Below, piece by piece: positions 1-16,000 of a stretch of 64,000 nt of DNA; positions within the stretch are counted from its first letter, which is position 1; each line of letters opens with the position of its first letter. Where the stretch lies: positions 125,798,001-125,862,000 of the forward strand of contig OZ024741.1 in NCBI GenBank assembly GCA_964016885.1, in the 5' to 3' direction. The translations under genes and the position numbers were made by a program. The notes beneath the pieces were generated by a model. That model had not been told where the DNA came from and searched no databases. It worked only from the letters and a program-made list of their open reading frames with translations. The stretch comes from Eledone cirrhosa. Lineage: Eukaryota.

Positions 1-224
1 GTAAAGTAAGAGATCTGACATTCGCAGTGTATATATATATATACAGGTGGGGTGGGGCGACAGTGAACTAACAGATCAGACATTCAAATTGTATCATATC
101 ATCTAATCTAGACCGCATTGTAACTGTGGCTAAAACCACTTAGCTATAAATATAGTGACTGCAATGGACGACGTAAGGAAATAACTCACCGCTGAAAGCA
201 GTGATAGTGAGTGAGAACGTTGTA

Positions 225-727
225 AAATCAATGATGTTAATAGTGGTGGCGGTGGTGGTGGTGGTGGCGGTGGTGGTGGAGTTGGTGGCGGCGGCGGCGG
301 TGGTGGTGGTGGTGGTAGTGGTGGTGGTGGTGGTGGTAGTGGTGGCGTTGGTGGTAGCGGTGAAGTTGATGTTGATGGTGGTGTGGTGGCGGTGGTGGCG
401 GTGGAGTTGGTGTTGTTGTTGTTGGTGGTGGTGGTGGCGGTGGCGGTGGCGGTGGCGGTGGCGGTGGTAGCGGTGGAGTTGGTGGTGTTGCTGTTGTCGT
501 TGTTGTTGTTGTTGTAGTTGGTGGTGGTGGTGGTGGTGGTGGTGGCAGTTGTTGGTGGTGTTTTGGTGGTGGTGGTGGTGGTGATTGTGGTGGCGGCGGT
601 GGCGGTTGTTGTTGGTTGTAGTTTGGTGCTGGTAGTGGTGGTAGTGGTGGTAATGGTGGTGGTTGTGGTGGTGGTGGTGGTGATGCTGGTGGTAGTGATG
701 ATTGGTAGTGGTTGGTGGTTGTGATGG

Positions 728-759
<32 letters not shown>

Positions 760-785
760 GGTAGTGGTAGTTGCTGTTGGGTTTT
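225..785. repeat. Degenerate (GGT/GTT/GGC)n trinucleotide microsatellite
   Basis: Continuous GGT/GTT/GGCGGT runs; explains the poly-His/Val/Thr ORFs. Confidence 0.95.
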
Positions 786-962
786 TTTTTGTGTGTGGCA
801 GACTCTCTTAGATTGGATTGCGATTCCAGCTTTGTAAAAACCATTCTAAAAACCATAATAAAACCATTGTGTTTCTCTTATGTCATTAATGCCATTGAGA
901 ACTGCACGGAATTCATCTCATAGATATGAAAAAACGAAAATACGACCAAGCCCAACAAATAA

Positions 963-1180
963 TAATGATTTCTAATTTAGACATAGGCCAACAATTTTGT
1001 GACAAGGGAAAGTCGATTAAACTGATCTCAATGCGTCACTGGTACTTCATTCGTCGACCCTGTAAGGATGAAAGGCGAAGTTAACCATGGCGGCTTTTGA
1101 ACTCAGAACGTAAAGGGCCGTATTTAAATGCCGCAAAGCATTTTGTCCAACACTCAAATGACTCTCCCTATCCATCGCCC
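963..1180 (-). mobile_element. tRNA-derived SINE, family A (diverged)
   Basis: Matches the recurrent ggtactt..tcgaccc.gtaaggatgaaaggc.aagttaacc..ggcgg..tttgaactcag core seen >10 times in the window; B-box-like GAGTTCAAA on the minus strand. Confidence 0.85.
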
Positions 1181-1349
1181 AAATCTATAAATAATTTGCA
1201 AATTTCCAACAAGAGAAATTCCTCCATGGGAAGGGATGAGATCACCTTGAGTAATTCGAGGTAAAATCTCCACACAACGTCTTGGATTACTCTCGATCAC
1301 CAAAGGCATGAAAAGTGTCCTCGCCCAGTTTTCCTCCTGTTTTAGAAAT

Positions 1350-2115
1350 GCGTAGGCAGATTACACCCCATTCTGCCACGTCAATTTCACCGCTCTAACA
1401 CACCTTCCGTGAAACACACTAGAAAGCAAAACGTTCTTCTTTACTTCCACTTTCCACTTCAAGTTGATGAAGGCTTAGCCGGAGAGGAAAATTCCTGTCA
1501 TCAAACATTTAGATATGTCCATCATACAGCTTCTTTCACCATAGCTACTAGGCAGAGGAAGACTTGCCCTGCTTTCCTTCTAAAGGAAGGTGGCAATCCG
1601 ATGTTCACTATAGACTCGGCTGATTACCGGATTTGCCCTACACGTGATAGCAACTGTTTGAGACAAGCCCACAAGCCTGCAATACTCGGATGCGGAGTGA
1701 TAGCATGCAGGACGGTTTCGTCGCCCTATGTGCATCTCAGACAGGTTTAGCTGTTGGTATTTCCCTGCCTGTAGAGCATGTTTCCTGTAACATTACCATG
1801 TTTTCCTGTAACATAATCATGACAAGGATTTTTTGGAAAATTTCCATAATCCCTAAAATACAAATCTTCCAGAATAGTCACCTAAGACAGTCTTCTTTGG
1901 CACCCAGAGCCGCTACCAGGCCACCATCGCTCATACCATCCACTAACCCTCTATAGAAAACAAGTGATGTATTTTGGAGTGCCGATTGCATTTTCCATCT
2001 GGTAAAGTGCCGTGAGTGATCAACATCGGTTTGCGCTTGACTCAAGGTTGGATTTTAGTCAAGAGGTCAAGCTGCAGAAAAACGTATTGCACGGAAGCTG
2101 CCCACAATGATTGGC
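1350..2115 (-). pseudogene. Decayed 3' fragment of Tx1/L1-type LINE ORF2
   Basis: Minus-strand translation (FYRGLV..., EIFQKSL, ETVLHA..., AESIVNI, VFLCLVAMVKEAV) aligns by eye with the C-terminus of the ORF2 ending at 55155; many stops. Confidence 0.85.
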
Positions 2116-2419
2116 TTTCGTTTTCGATGTCATCGTTGTAATAATTGTCAAAGTAATTCTGCTGATGTATCAGTAGCAGCGCATGCCTGCATATCATTGA
2201 CAATGACAACCCGAGGCTACGACGGAGTGGGTGTTGGAAGCAGATGGGTTTTCTGATTAGCTGGACTTGCCCTTTTCACACACATGAAAAAAGAAAAACG
2301 AAAGAGGATAGTGATAATAACAATTTAAATAAATGTATAAAAATAAACTAGGAAAGATTTTCCAATAAGAGAGGACACCTCCTACAGAACCCCACTGCCA
2401 CCAGCAAATCCAAATTCTG

Positions 2420-2690
2420 GGCCTTCTCACTTCTGTTGGAGGAACCCCTTCCTGGTTGACTTCCACTGCTTCCTATCTCTGGCCATACTGGGTCACGTGG
2501 GGCCAAGGTATCAAGTCAGATCGTCGTACCATCTTGCCTTTGACCACCCTCCAAGGTCTGCTCCATTACCATGGTGTCATTTTAATAATACACTGGTTGT
2601 CTCTGGGACGAGAGACGCCACCAGCCTATCTATGTTTGCCTTTCTTGATGGTCTCGATTATGTCCTTCACCCCAATCTGCTGTTGAATCA
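2420..2690 (-). pseudogene. RTE-clade LINE 3' fragment
   Basis: Minus-strand translation VKDIIETIKKGK..AG...RDN...RWYDDL...ARDRKQWK resembles the RTE ORF C-terminus. Confidence 0.7.
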
Positions 2691-2742
2691 AAAACAACCA
2701 CCACCACCGCCAACAAATTATTATGTCGCATGAAGTGTATTA

Positions 2743-2890
2743 ATAATTGTTTCTACTTTAGGCACAAGGCCAGCAATTTGAAGGGGAGGGGAAAGTCGAT
2801 TAAATCGACCCTAGTGCATTACTGGTGCTTTATTTTAGCGACCCCGTAAGGATGAAAGGCAAAGCTAACCTCGGCGGGATTTGAACTCTG
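2743..2890 (-). mobile_element. SINE family A, partial
   Basis: ttgtttctactttaggcacaaggccagcaa...gaccccgtaaggatgaaaggcaaagctaacctcggcgggatttgaactc. Confidence 0.85.
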
Positions 2891-3737
2891 ATGAAGTGTA
2901 TTAATAATAAGAATCAATTTTTCTTTATTTGATAATTTGATGTATTATGCCATTGACATGGTTGACATCTGTGTATTTAGCACCTTTTCTCCCAGTTAAG
3001 CGTCCCATTCTCTCAAGTAAAATAATTTCAACTTACAGTTTGGTAAGCTAACAAACCCAAACTTAGTTCGTGACACATCTTTCTCTAACCACTGGAAGAA
3101 AATTACTAATCCTGCATTTCCAGTTAAACAGTCTGCACTCACACACATCAAATCATGTGACAGGTCTTACAACCTTCTCCACCGCTTTGGACACTTCTAC
3201 AACGGTGCTACGCAGCAAAGATGTTTAGTGATTTATTTATTAGTTGCAAGAAATTATTGTATACTGTATAAGAAATTATTGAAATTATTATATCAATTAT
3301 ACAGATTTGTACAAAACTGTGATCCTTTAAGGATCAGTAATGTCCTTTTTTGAGATGTGCACCCTAGGAGGCTGCTTAGTTGGCCTTTATAGTAGTGCTG
3401 GCTCTGGATACTCGACAAAGTGTTTATTCTTTAGTGTTTTATACTTTGATCTCAAGAAAGTATATTTTTTCAATTTAATTATAGGGATTGATATAAAACT
3501 GTGATTCTTTAAGGTTCACTATGTCCCTTTGTTGAGGTGTGCGCCCAAGACAGCTACCTAGTTAGCCTAAATGGTTGCACCAGCCCTGATCATTGGAAGA
3601 ACTTGCTATGTTAGAGCCGTTGGATTACATTGATTCTTTTATCTGCCACAACAGTAAATTGCCTGCAGCTAGATGTTACTTTCTTTTCCCTCAATGAGAC
3701 TAAAATGTTGAGAGCACTTCCTAGTGAACATTATATA

Positions 3738-3916
3738 TGGTGGATTGGCAGTATCGGTAGAGGGTCTGACGCCATGCTTTGCAGCAAAGTGTTACGGCCT
3801 TTTCTGAGTTCAAATCCCGCCGAGGTTAACTTTGCCTTTCATCCTTACGGGGTCGATAAAATAAAGTACCAGTAATACACTGGGATAATTGCTGGCCTTG
3901 TGCCAAAAGTAGAAAC

Positions 3917-3920
<4 letters not shown>
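3738..3920 (+). mobile_element. SINE family A
   Basis: tggcagtatcggtag A-box-like head, gagttcaaatccc B-box, core, and ggccttgtgccaaaagtagaaac tail. Confidence 0.9.
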
Positions 3921-4949
<1,029 letters not shown>

Positions 4950-5262
4950 CATCTGTATGTATATATATGTTACTAGATATATTAATTCTTTATAATTATC
5001 TCCAAATTATTTGTCGAGCAATATTGGCCAAGACTGCTGCTATGGTAGCAGGTAGGCCGCTGTCTTCTTAACAAACCACTTCCCACTGATTGACCTCGAT
5101 GTAACATGATTGATTCTTTTTGAATTTGCCACCGACGCAGTAGGCAGTGATTTTTTCAATGGCTAGGAATTCAGTCCACGCTTTGCTATTTTCTATCCAC
5201 TGAATTATTTTTGTATAAGTTTCCAGAGTCCACGCTTTGCCTGGATACTTAGCTGAGAATAG

Positions 5263-5344
5263 ACTTCCCTGACGACGAAATGATTCTCTATATTTTCTTC
5301 GGAAAGTATATTTATTCCATTTCAGAAACTAATTAGTTGGGAGT
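5263..5344 (+). ncRNA. Type I hammerhead ribozyme
   Basis: ACUUCC-CUGACGA-cGAAAUG..(UAUAUUUUC-UUCG-GAAAGUAUA)..CAUUUCa-GAAA-CUAAUUAG-UU-GGGAGU; 6-bp stem I, palindromic stem III. Confidence 0.8.
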
Positions 5345-5389
5345 GAAATTTTAGTAAGTAAGTTAATTTTATAATTTTCTTATTTTACG

Positions 5390-5465
<76 letters not shown>

Positions 5466-5470
<5 letters not shown>

Positions 5471-5800
5471 TAAAAAGGAAAAGAAAATGCTGACAGCTTT
5501 TTCCAGTGAAAAGTAGTTTAATTAGGAATAAGTATAAATTAGTAATAAGTAATTGTTTCTACTTTAGGCACAAGGCCAGCAATTACTCACTGAATTACTG
5601 GTACTTTATTTTATCGACCCCGTAAGGATGAAAGGCAAAGTCAACCTCGGCGGGATTTGAACTCAGATCGTAAAGGGACGTAACTATGCTGGAAAGCATG
5701 GCGTCCGACCCTCTACCGATACTGCCAATTCAGTGTTAGTTTTAAGTTTTTTACCGGTTGCGCATTTCAAATGCTTTTCAAAAATAATTTTGAGATATGT
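5466..5800 (-). mobile_element. Older copy of pLTR-like family P-A, interrupted by a SINE
   Basis: 5466-5550 plus 5733-5800 match 38381-38553; SINE A lies between the two parts. Confidence 0.8.
5550..5733 (-). mobile_element. SINE family A (nested insertion)
   Basis: Full family-A sequence in reverse orientation. Confidence 0.9.
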
Positions 5801-6036
5801 AACTTACATACGTACTACATAACACGAGTGGTGTAGATGTAAATATAACCAACAAGCATTTTTGAACACACAAACCCACACGCACACACACAAACGTACA
5901 TATATATATATGTTTGAGTGTGTGTGTGTATATACATATATACATACAGACACACACTCACACGCACGCACGCACACACACACACACACACACATACACA
6001 CATATATATATATTTGTGTGTGTATATATATACAAA

Positions 6037-6142
6037 GCGTATGGCCTCATGGTTATGTTGGGATTACGATCATAAGTTAGGTGGCGGAATCAATTCCGGT
6101 ACATGGCGACACACTGTGTCCCTGAGCAAGGCGCTTCATGAG
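6037..6142 (+). mobile_element. tRNA-head CORE-like SINE fragment (family B)
   Basis: tRNA-like head followed by ctgtgtccctgagcaaggcgctt; similar to 59207-59320. Confidence 0.6.
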
Positions 6143-6173
6143 AACTAGGAGCAGCTACAGGAGAGTTAGCAAA

Positions 6174-6733
6174 TCTTTATATATATAAAAGCGAGGATGT
6201 GTGTGTGTCTGTGTACAACTTTGGATACCTAAAGCTTTTACAATTACCAACCGAATTTGACCAAATTTTCTGTGCACGTTGCACAGGTCGCTAAGATGGT
6301 CACATCACAAACATTTTTCCAATCGACCCACGTTGAGCAATAAAAATTCTATATCAAAATTATCGGTAGCAAAATTGATGTAAGGGAGATAACCAACTTT
6401 ATTGACAATCCTTATAAAAAGGGAGATAACCAACTTTATTGACAATCCTTATAAAGAGAGTAAGATATGGAGACCTTCATTTTCAATTTTAAAACAACAA
6501 TCATCGTCGGACGAAATTTCAAAAATATAAACATCAGATTCATTTGAAGATAAATCACTAATATTATCGTTTGTTTCTTGTTTATTCTTTGTTACACTTA
6601 CAAAGTTAAAAAAAACACTTGTTGTTTTAACTTGTTTCACTATATTAAGTGTTAATTTTCGCGCTAACGGCCTAATCTCGCAATATTCTCAGCATAATTT
6701 CAAACCCCGACCAACGCCGGGTAAATCTGCTAG
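6174..6733 (+). mobile_element. Non-autonomous Helitron-like element
   Basis: Starts A|TC, ends with hairpin cccgaccaacgccggg and CTAG|T, no TSD; internal ~38-bp tandem duplication at ~6381-6456. Confidence 0.8.
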
Positions 6734-6804
6734 TAATTTATAAACCTAGAGTTATTAAGATATCAGTCTTTTAGAAATGGCATTCCCCGACGATAAACTA
6801 CGTA

Positions 6805-7025
6805 TTAATAGTTTCCACATGTGGCACAAGGCCAGCAATTTGAAGAGAAGGGGAAAGTCGATGAAATCGACCTCCGTTTGTTACTGGTACTTTATTTTAT
6901 CGACCCCGTAGGGATTAAAGGCAAAGCTAACCTCGGCGGGATTTGAACACAGAACGTAAAGGGATGTAACTATATGCCGTAAAGCATGTTGTCCGATACT
7001 CTATGGATATTGCTAATCCACTGCC
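6805..7025 (-). mobile_element. SINE family A
   Basis: Full core in reverse orientation. Confidence 0.9.
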
Positions 7026-7489
7026 CTATGCTACTTATTAATACCAGTTGATTGAATTGAGGTGTGGAGATAGAATATAAAGGCTTATGTATATTTTGAA
7101 TGGTTGAAATGTGTTCAAACGAGCAAACAGACAATAAACTATTAATGTCATGTCAAAAAAATAAATGAAACAAAGAAATATATCGATGTATTATTCCATG
7201 GGATTTTACAAATCCGGTGACACGGTAACAGATATCAAGCCAGTGAACCGTGGCCTAAGTTTGTTGACTTTCTCATAGGGAGACCTGGAAACTGATCTCT
7301 GATCTCGATCAAGCGAACGACAATAACGGGGAGACCAACTCATACGCAAGAAGAAAACGATGACGACCCTCCCAGAAGAAGAAGAAAAAGAAGAAGTTAG
7401 TGAATGGACCAATTCGAAATTGTCCAGACTTCTGGTCATAGCATAAAACCCCGTACACATTGTTGTTTTTACCTAATTATGTTCAATAT

Positions 7490-8000
7490 GAGGTGGCGAA
7501 TTGGCAGAGAGAGTCGTTAGAACGTCGGGTAGAATGCGTTATGGTATTTTTTCCGGCTCTCTGCTCTCTGAGTTCAAATCCAGCCGAAGTCAACTTTGCC
7601 TTTCATCCTTTCAAGGTTGATAGTACCAGTCTAGTACTGGGATCGATTCTTCCTCTTTATCTCATTCTCATTTCCTCTCTCTCCCTTTCTATCTTTCTCT
7701 GGAAGAAATCTGTTGGACTCAGGCCCGGAGAAGGGTGGGCTACGCCTGGCTTAAAATGCCTAAGAAACGCCGCATGTCAATACGGCGCTCCTTCGACTCT
7801 ATCAGGAATTACGGAACCATAATGAGGTGGGCAAATTGGCTGAGCCATTAGATAGAAGGCTTTGTGGTATTGGTTTTGGCACTTTGCGCTCTGAGTTCAA
7901 ATCACGCCAAGGTCAACTTCCCTTTTCATCCTTTCGAGTCAATAAAAAATGTCCTACTTTAATACTGGGGCCCATTCTTCTTCTGTATCACGTTTCATTT
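7490..8000 (+). mobile_element. Two tandem family-A-related SINEs, the first with an extended 3' tail
   Basis: Heads at ~7490 and ~7823, each with ctgagttcaaatc; the tail of the first resembles 60730-60835. Confidence 0.8.
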
Positions 8001-8519
8001 CTTCTCTATCACACATACACACACATAGACTCTCCCCCCCTCTCTCTCTCTCTTTCTTCCCCCTCTCTCTTTCTCCTCTGTTCAGACCTGCGGATGTAAT
8101 GAGCTCCGCCAGGTTTTTTAAAACGGCCGACGACATGTTGCATATCAATACAGAGCGCCTACAATTTCACCAGAATTTACAAGTATATACATGCCCAATA
8201 TGGCTTATAATACTTTGTGATTAATCTGACCAGTTATCCAACAAACAGTCATACGAATATAATACTCACCGTATAATCGATGTCTTACTGCATTACGGAA
8301 AGATCTTCGCAGCAACTTCGCTCCTAATGTCACCAACCAAATTCTACAACATTATTTTTTCTCTATTATAAATTGGATTTTATTATTTTTATATTTTTTC
8401 TACCTTAAAACATAAGTAAAATACAAAAATATAAATATCAACCATTATCTAAAAATAGGATGCCGTAGCAAGAATAAATAATACCTTATGTTTTAAATCA
8501 CACATACACACTCACACTA

Positions 8520-9530
8520 AGGTACACGCTAACGTACACATGCTAACGTACACACGCTAACGTACACATATTAACGTACATATACTAACGTACACATACT
8601 AACGTACATATACTAACGTACACATGCTAACGTACACATGCTAACGTACACATTCTAACGTACACATTCTAACGTACACACGCTAACGTACACATGCTAA
8701 CGTACACATACTAACGTACACATATTAACGTACACATACTAACGTACACACGCTAACGTACACATATTAACGTACATATACTAACGTACACACGCTAACG
8801 TACACATTCTAACGTACACATGCTAACGTACACGCGCTAACGTACACATATTAACGTACACATTCTAACGTATACACACTAACGTACACATACTAACGTA
8901 CACATACTAACGTACACATACTAACGTACACATACTAACGTACACATACTAACGTACATATATTAACGTACACATACTAACGTACACATACTAACGTACA
9001 TATACTAACGTACATATATTAACGTACATATACTAACGTACACATATTAACGTACATATACTAACGTACACATACTAACGTACACATATTAACGTACACA
9101 TACTAACGTATACATACTAACGTACACATACTAACGTACACATACTAACGTACACATACTAACGTACACATACTAACGTACACATACTAACGTATACACA
9201 CTAACGTACACACACTAACGTACATATACTAACGTACATATATTAACGTACACATACTAACGTACACATACTAACGTATACATACTAACGTACACATACT
9301 AACGTACATATACTAACGTACACATGCTAACGTACATATACTAACGTACATATATTAACGTACATATACTAACGTACACATGCTAACGTACATATATTAA
9401 CGTGCACACACTAACGTACTCATATTAACGTACACATATTAACGTACACATATTAACATACACACACTAACGTACACATACTAACGTACACACACTAACG
9501 TACACATACTAACGTGCACACACAAACGTA
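8520..9530. repeat. 14-bp minisatellite (CTAACGTACACATA), ~70 copies
   Basis: Direct reading. Confidence 0.97.
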
Positions 9531-9762
9531 CACACTAACACACACAAACACATACACACACACACGCAGACACACGTACACGCATACACACTAACATGCA
9601 ACACACATACATACACACACGACATTAATATATACTTGCAAATCTTTACCTAAAAATAGGAACCGTAATAGCTTGTTTTAAATTACACACACACACACAC
9701 GCACACATACAGTTAGACACGGCTACACAGACACACACACAGACACACACACAGAAGCGTGC

Positions 9763-9821
<59 letters not shown>

Positions 9822-9865
9822 CTCACACATGCAGACAGAGAGAGAGAGAGAGAGAGACCGACACA

Positions 9866-9908
<43 letters not shown>

Positions 9909-9911
9909 ACC

Positions 9912-9959
<48 letters not shown>

Positions 9960-10039
9960 TACACACACTCAAACAACAAACAAACAACCGATAATGGCAT
10001 ATGTTTTAAATCAACCTCCTAGAAACGTATAAAAACCAA

Positions 10040-13000
10040 AACACACAGACAGACATACACAGACACACACAGACATATACAGGCATACACAGACATATAC
10101 AGGCATACACAGACATATACAGGCATACACAGACATATACAGGCATACACAGACACACACAGAGGCATACACAGACATATACAGGCATACACAGACACAC
10201 ACAGAGGCTTACACAGACATATACAGGCATACACAGACACACACAGAGGCATACACAGACATATACAGGCATACACAGACATATACAGAGGCATACACAG
10301 ACATATACAGGCATACACAGACATATACAGGCACACACAGACATATACAGGCATACACAGACATATACAGGCACACACAGACATATACAGACATACACAG
10401 ACATATACAGGCATACACAGACATATACAGAGGCATACACAGACACACACAGGCATACAGAGACATATACAGGCACACACAGACATATACAGGCATACAC
10501 AGACATATACAGGCATAAACAGACATATACAGGCACACACAGACATATACAGGCATACAGAGACATATACAGGCATACACAGACATATACAGGCATACAC
10601 AGACATATACAGGCACACACAGACATATACAGGCATACACAGACATATACAGGAACACACAGACATATACAGGCACATACAGACATATACAGAGGCATAC
10701 AGAGACATATACAGGCATATACAGACATATACAGGCATACACAGACATATACAGGCACACACAGACATATACAGGCACACACAGACATATACAGAGGCAT
10801 ACACAGACATATACAGGCATACACAGACACACAGAGGCATACACGGATATATACAGGCATACACAGACATATACAGGCATACACAGACATATACAGGCAT
10901 ACACAGACACACACAGGCACACACAGACATATACAGAGGCATACACAGACATATACAGGCATACAGAGACATATACAGGCATACACAGACATATACAGGC
11001 ATACACAGACATATACAGGCATACACAGACATATACAGGCATACACAGACATATACAGGCATACATAGGCATATACAGGCATACACAAACACACACAGGC
11101 ACACACAGACATATACAGAGGCATACACAGACACACACAGGCATACACAGACATATACAGGCATACACAGACATATACAGAGGCATACACAGACATATAC
11201 AGGCATACACAGACATATACAGAGGCATACACAGACATATACAGGCATACACAGACATATACAGGCACACACAGACATATACAGGCATACACAGACATAT
11301 ACAGGCACACACAGACATATACAGGCATACACAGACATATACAGGCATACACAGACATATACAGAGGCATACACAGACACACACAGGCATACAGAGACAT
11401 ATACAGGCACACACAGACATATACAGGCATACACAGACATATACAGGCATACACAGACATATACAGGCACACACAGACATATACAGGCATACAGAGACAT
11501 ATACAGGCATACACAGACATATACAGGCATACACAGACATATACAGGCACACACAGACATATACAGGCATACACAGACATATACAGGAACACACAGACAT
11601 ATACAGGCACACACAGACATATACAGAGGCATACAGAGACATATACAGGCATATACAGACATATACAGGCATACACAGACATATACAGGCACACACAGAC
11701 ATATACAGGCACACACAGACATATACAGAGGCATACACAGACATATACAGGCATACACAGACACACACAGGCATACACGGACATATACAGGCATACACAG
11801 ACATATACAGGCATACACAGACATATACAGGCATACACAGACACACACAGGCACACACAAACATATACAGAGGCATACACAGACATATACAGGCATACAG
11901 AGACATATACAGGCATACACAGACATATACAGGCATACACAGACATATACAGGCATACACAGACATATACAGGCATACACAGACATATACAGGCATACAT
12001 AGGCATATACAGGCATACACAGACACACACAGGCACACACAGACATATACAGAGGCATACACAGACACACACAGGCATACACAGACATATACAGGCATAC
12101 ACAGACATATACAGAGGCATACACAGACATATACAGGCATACACAGACATTTACAGGCATACACAGACATATACAGGCATACACAGACATATACAGAGGC
12201 ATACACAGACATATACAGGCATACACAGATATATACAGGCATACACAGACATATACAGGCATACACAGACATATACAGGCATACAGAGACATATACAGGC
12301 ATACACAGACATATACAGGCATACAGAGACATATACAGGCATACAGAGACATATACAGGCATACACAGACATATACAGGTACACACAGACATATACAGGC
12401 ATACACAGACATATACAGGCATACACAGACACACACAGGCATACACAGACATATAGAGGCATACACAGACGCACACACAGGCATACACAGACATATACAG
12501 GCACACACAGACATATACAGGCAAACACTGACATATACAGGCATATACAGACACACACAGGCATACAGAGACATATACAGGCATACACAGACATATACAG
12601 GCATACACAGACATATACAGGCATACACAGACATATACAGGCATACACAGACATATACAGGCATACACAGACACACAGGCACACACATACATATACAGAG
12701 GCATACACAGACATATACAGGCATACACAGACATATACAGGCACACACAGACATATACAGGCATACACAGACATATACAGGCACACACAGACATATACAG
12801 GCATACACAGACATATACAGGCACACACAGACATATACAGGCACACACGGACATATACAGGCATACACAGACATATAGAGGCACACGCAGACATATACAT
12901 GCATACACAGACATATAAAGGCACACACAGACATATACAGGCACACACAGACATATACAGGTATACACAGACATATACAGGCACACACAGACATAGACAG

Positions 13001-16000
13001 AGGCATACAGAGACATATACAGGCATATACAGACAGATACAGGCATACACAGACATATACAGGCACACACAGACATATACAGGCACACACAGACATATAC
13101 AGAGGCATACAGAGACATATACAGGCATATACAGACATATACAGGCATACACAGACATATACAGGCACAGACAGACATATACAGGCACACACAGACATAT
13201 ACAGAGGCATACACAGACATATACAGGTATACACAGACACACACAGGCATACACGGAAATATACAGGCATACACAGACATATACAGGCATACACAGACAT
13301 ATACAGGCATACACAGACACACACAGGCACACACAGACATTTACAGAAGCATACACAGACATATACAGGCATACACAGACATATACAGACATACACAAAC
13401 ATATACAGAGGCATACACAGACATATACAGGCATACACAGACATATACAGGCATACAGAGACATATACAGGCATACACAGACATATACAGGCATACACAG
13501 ACATATACAGGCATACACAGACATATACAGGCATACACAGACATATACAGGCATACACAGACACACACAGGCACACACAGACATATACAGAGGCATAGAC
13601 AGACACACACAGGCATACACAGACATATACAGGCATACACAGACATATACAGAGGCATACACAGACATTTACAGGCATACACAGACATATACAGGCATAC
13701 AGAGACATATACAGGCATACACAGAGATATACAGGCATACAGAGACATATACAGGCATACAGAGACATATACAGGCATACACAGACATATACAAGCATAC
13801 ACAGACATATAGAGGCACACACAGACATATACAGGCACACACAGACATATACAGGCATACACAGACATATACAGGCATACAGAGACATATACAGGCATAC
13901 AGAGACATATACAGGCATACACAGACATATACAAGCATACACAGACATATAGAGGCACACACAGACATATACAGGCACACACAGACATATACAGCCATAC
14001 ACAGACATATACAGGCATACACAGACATATACAGGCATACAGAGACATATACAGACATACACAGACATATACAGGCACACACAGACATATACAGGCATAC
14101 ACAGACACACACAGGCATACACAGACATATACAGGCATACACAGACGCACACACAGGCATACACAGACATATACAGGCACACACAGACATATACAGGCAC
14201 ACACAGACATATACAGGCATATACAGACACACACAGGTATACAGAGACATATACAGGCATACACAGACATATACAGGCATATACAGACACACACAGGCAT
14301 ACACAGACATATACAGGCATACACAGACGCACACACAGGCATACACAGACATATACAGGCACACACAGACATATACAGGCACACACAGACATATACAGGC
14401 ATATACAGACACACACAGGTATACAGAGACATATACAGGCATACACAGACATATACAGGCATACACAGACATATACAGGCACACACAGACATATACAGGC
14501 ATACACAGACATATACAGGCATACAGAGACATATACAGGCATACACAGATATATACAGGCATACACAGACATATACAGGCACACACAGACATATACAGGC
14601 ACACACAGACATATACAGGCAGATGCAGACATATACAGGCATACACAGACATATACAGGCATACACAGACATATACAGGCACACACAGACATATTCTGGC
14701 ATACACAGACATATACAGGCAGATGCAGACATATACAGGCATACACAGACATATACAGGCATACAGAGACATATACAGGCACACACAGACATATACAGGC
14801 ATACACAGACATATACAGGCACACACAGACATATACAGGCACACACAGACATATACAGGCATGCACAGACATATACAGGCATACACAAACATATACAGGC
14901 ATACACAGACATATACAGGCATACACAGACATATACATACATACACAGACATATACAGGCATACACAGACATATACAGGCATACACAGACATATACAGGC
15001 ATACACAGACACACAGGCACACATATACATATACAGAGGCATACACAGACATATACAGGCATACACAGACATATACAGGCACACACAGACATATACAGAC
15101 ATATACAGACATACACAGACATATACAGGCACACAGACATATACAGGCATACACAGACATATACAGGCACACACAGACATATACAGGCACACACAGACAT
15201 ATACAGGCATACACAGACATATACAGGCACACACAGACATATACAGGCACACACAGACATATACAGGCATACACAGACATATACAGGCACACACAGACAT
15301 ATACAGAGGCATACAGAGACATATACAGGCATATACAGACATATACAGGCATACACAGACATATACAGGCACAGACAGACATATACAGGCACACACAGAC
15401 ATATACAGAGGCATACACAGACATATACAGGCATACACAGACACACACAGGCATACACGGAAATATACAGGCATACACAGACATATACAGGCATACACAG
15501 ACATATACAGGCATACACAGACACACACAGGCACACACAGACATATACAGAAGCATACACAGACATATACAGGCATACACAGACATATACAGACATACAC
15601 AGACATATACAGGCACACACAGACATAGATAGGCATACACAGACATATACAGGCACACACAGACATATACAGGCACACACAGACATATACAGGCATACAC
15701 AGACATATAGAGGCACACACAGACATATACAGGCATACACAGACATATACAGGCATACACAGACATATACAGGCACACACAGACATATACAGAGGCATAC
15801 AGAGACATATACAGGCATATACAGACATATACAGGCATACACAGACATATACAGGCACAGACAGACATATACAGGCACACACAGACATATACAGAGGCAT
15901 ACACAGACATATACAGGTATACACAGACACACACAGGCATACACGGAAATATACAGGCATACACAGACATATACAGGCATACACAGACATATACAGGCAT

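Noticed and set aside
140-856. His/Gln/Thr-rich 238-aa ORF
   Set aside because: Trinucleotide microsatellite with no domain or exon support
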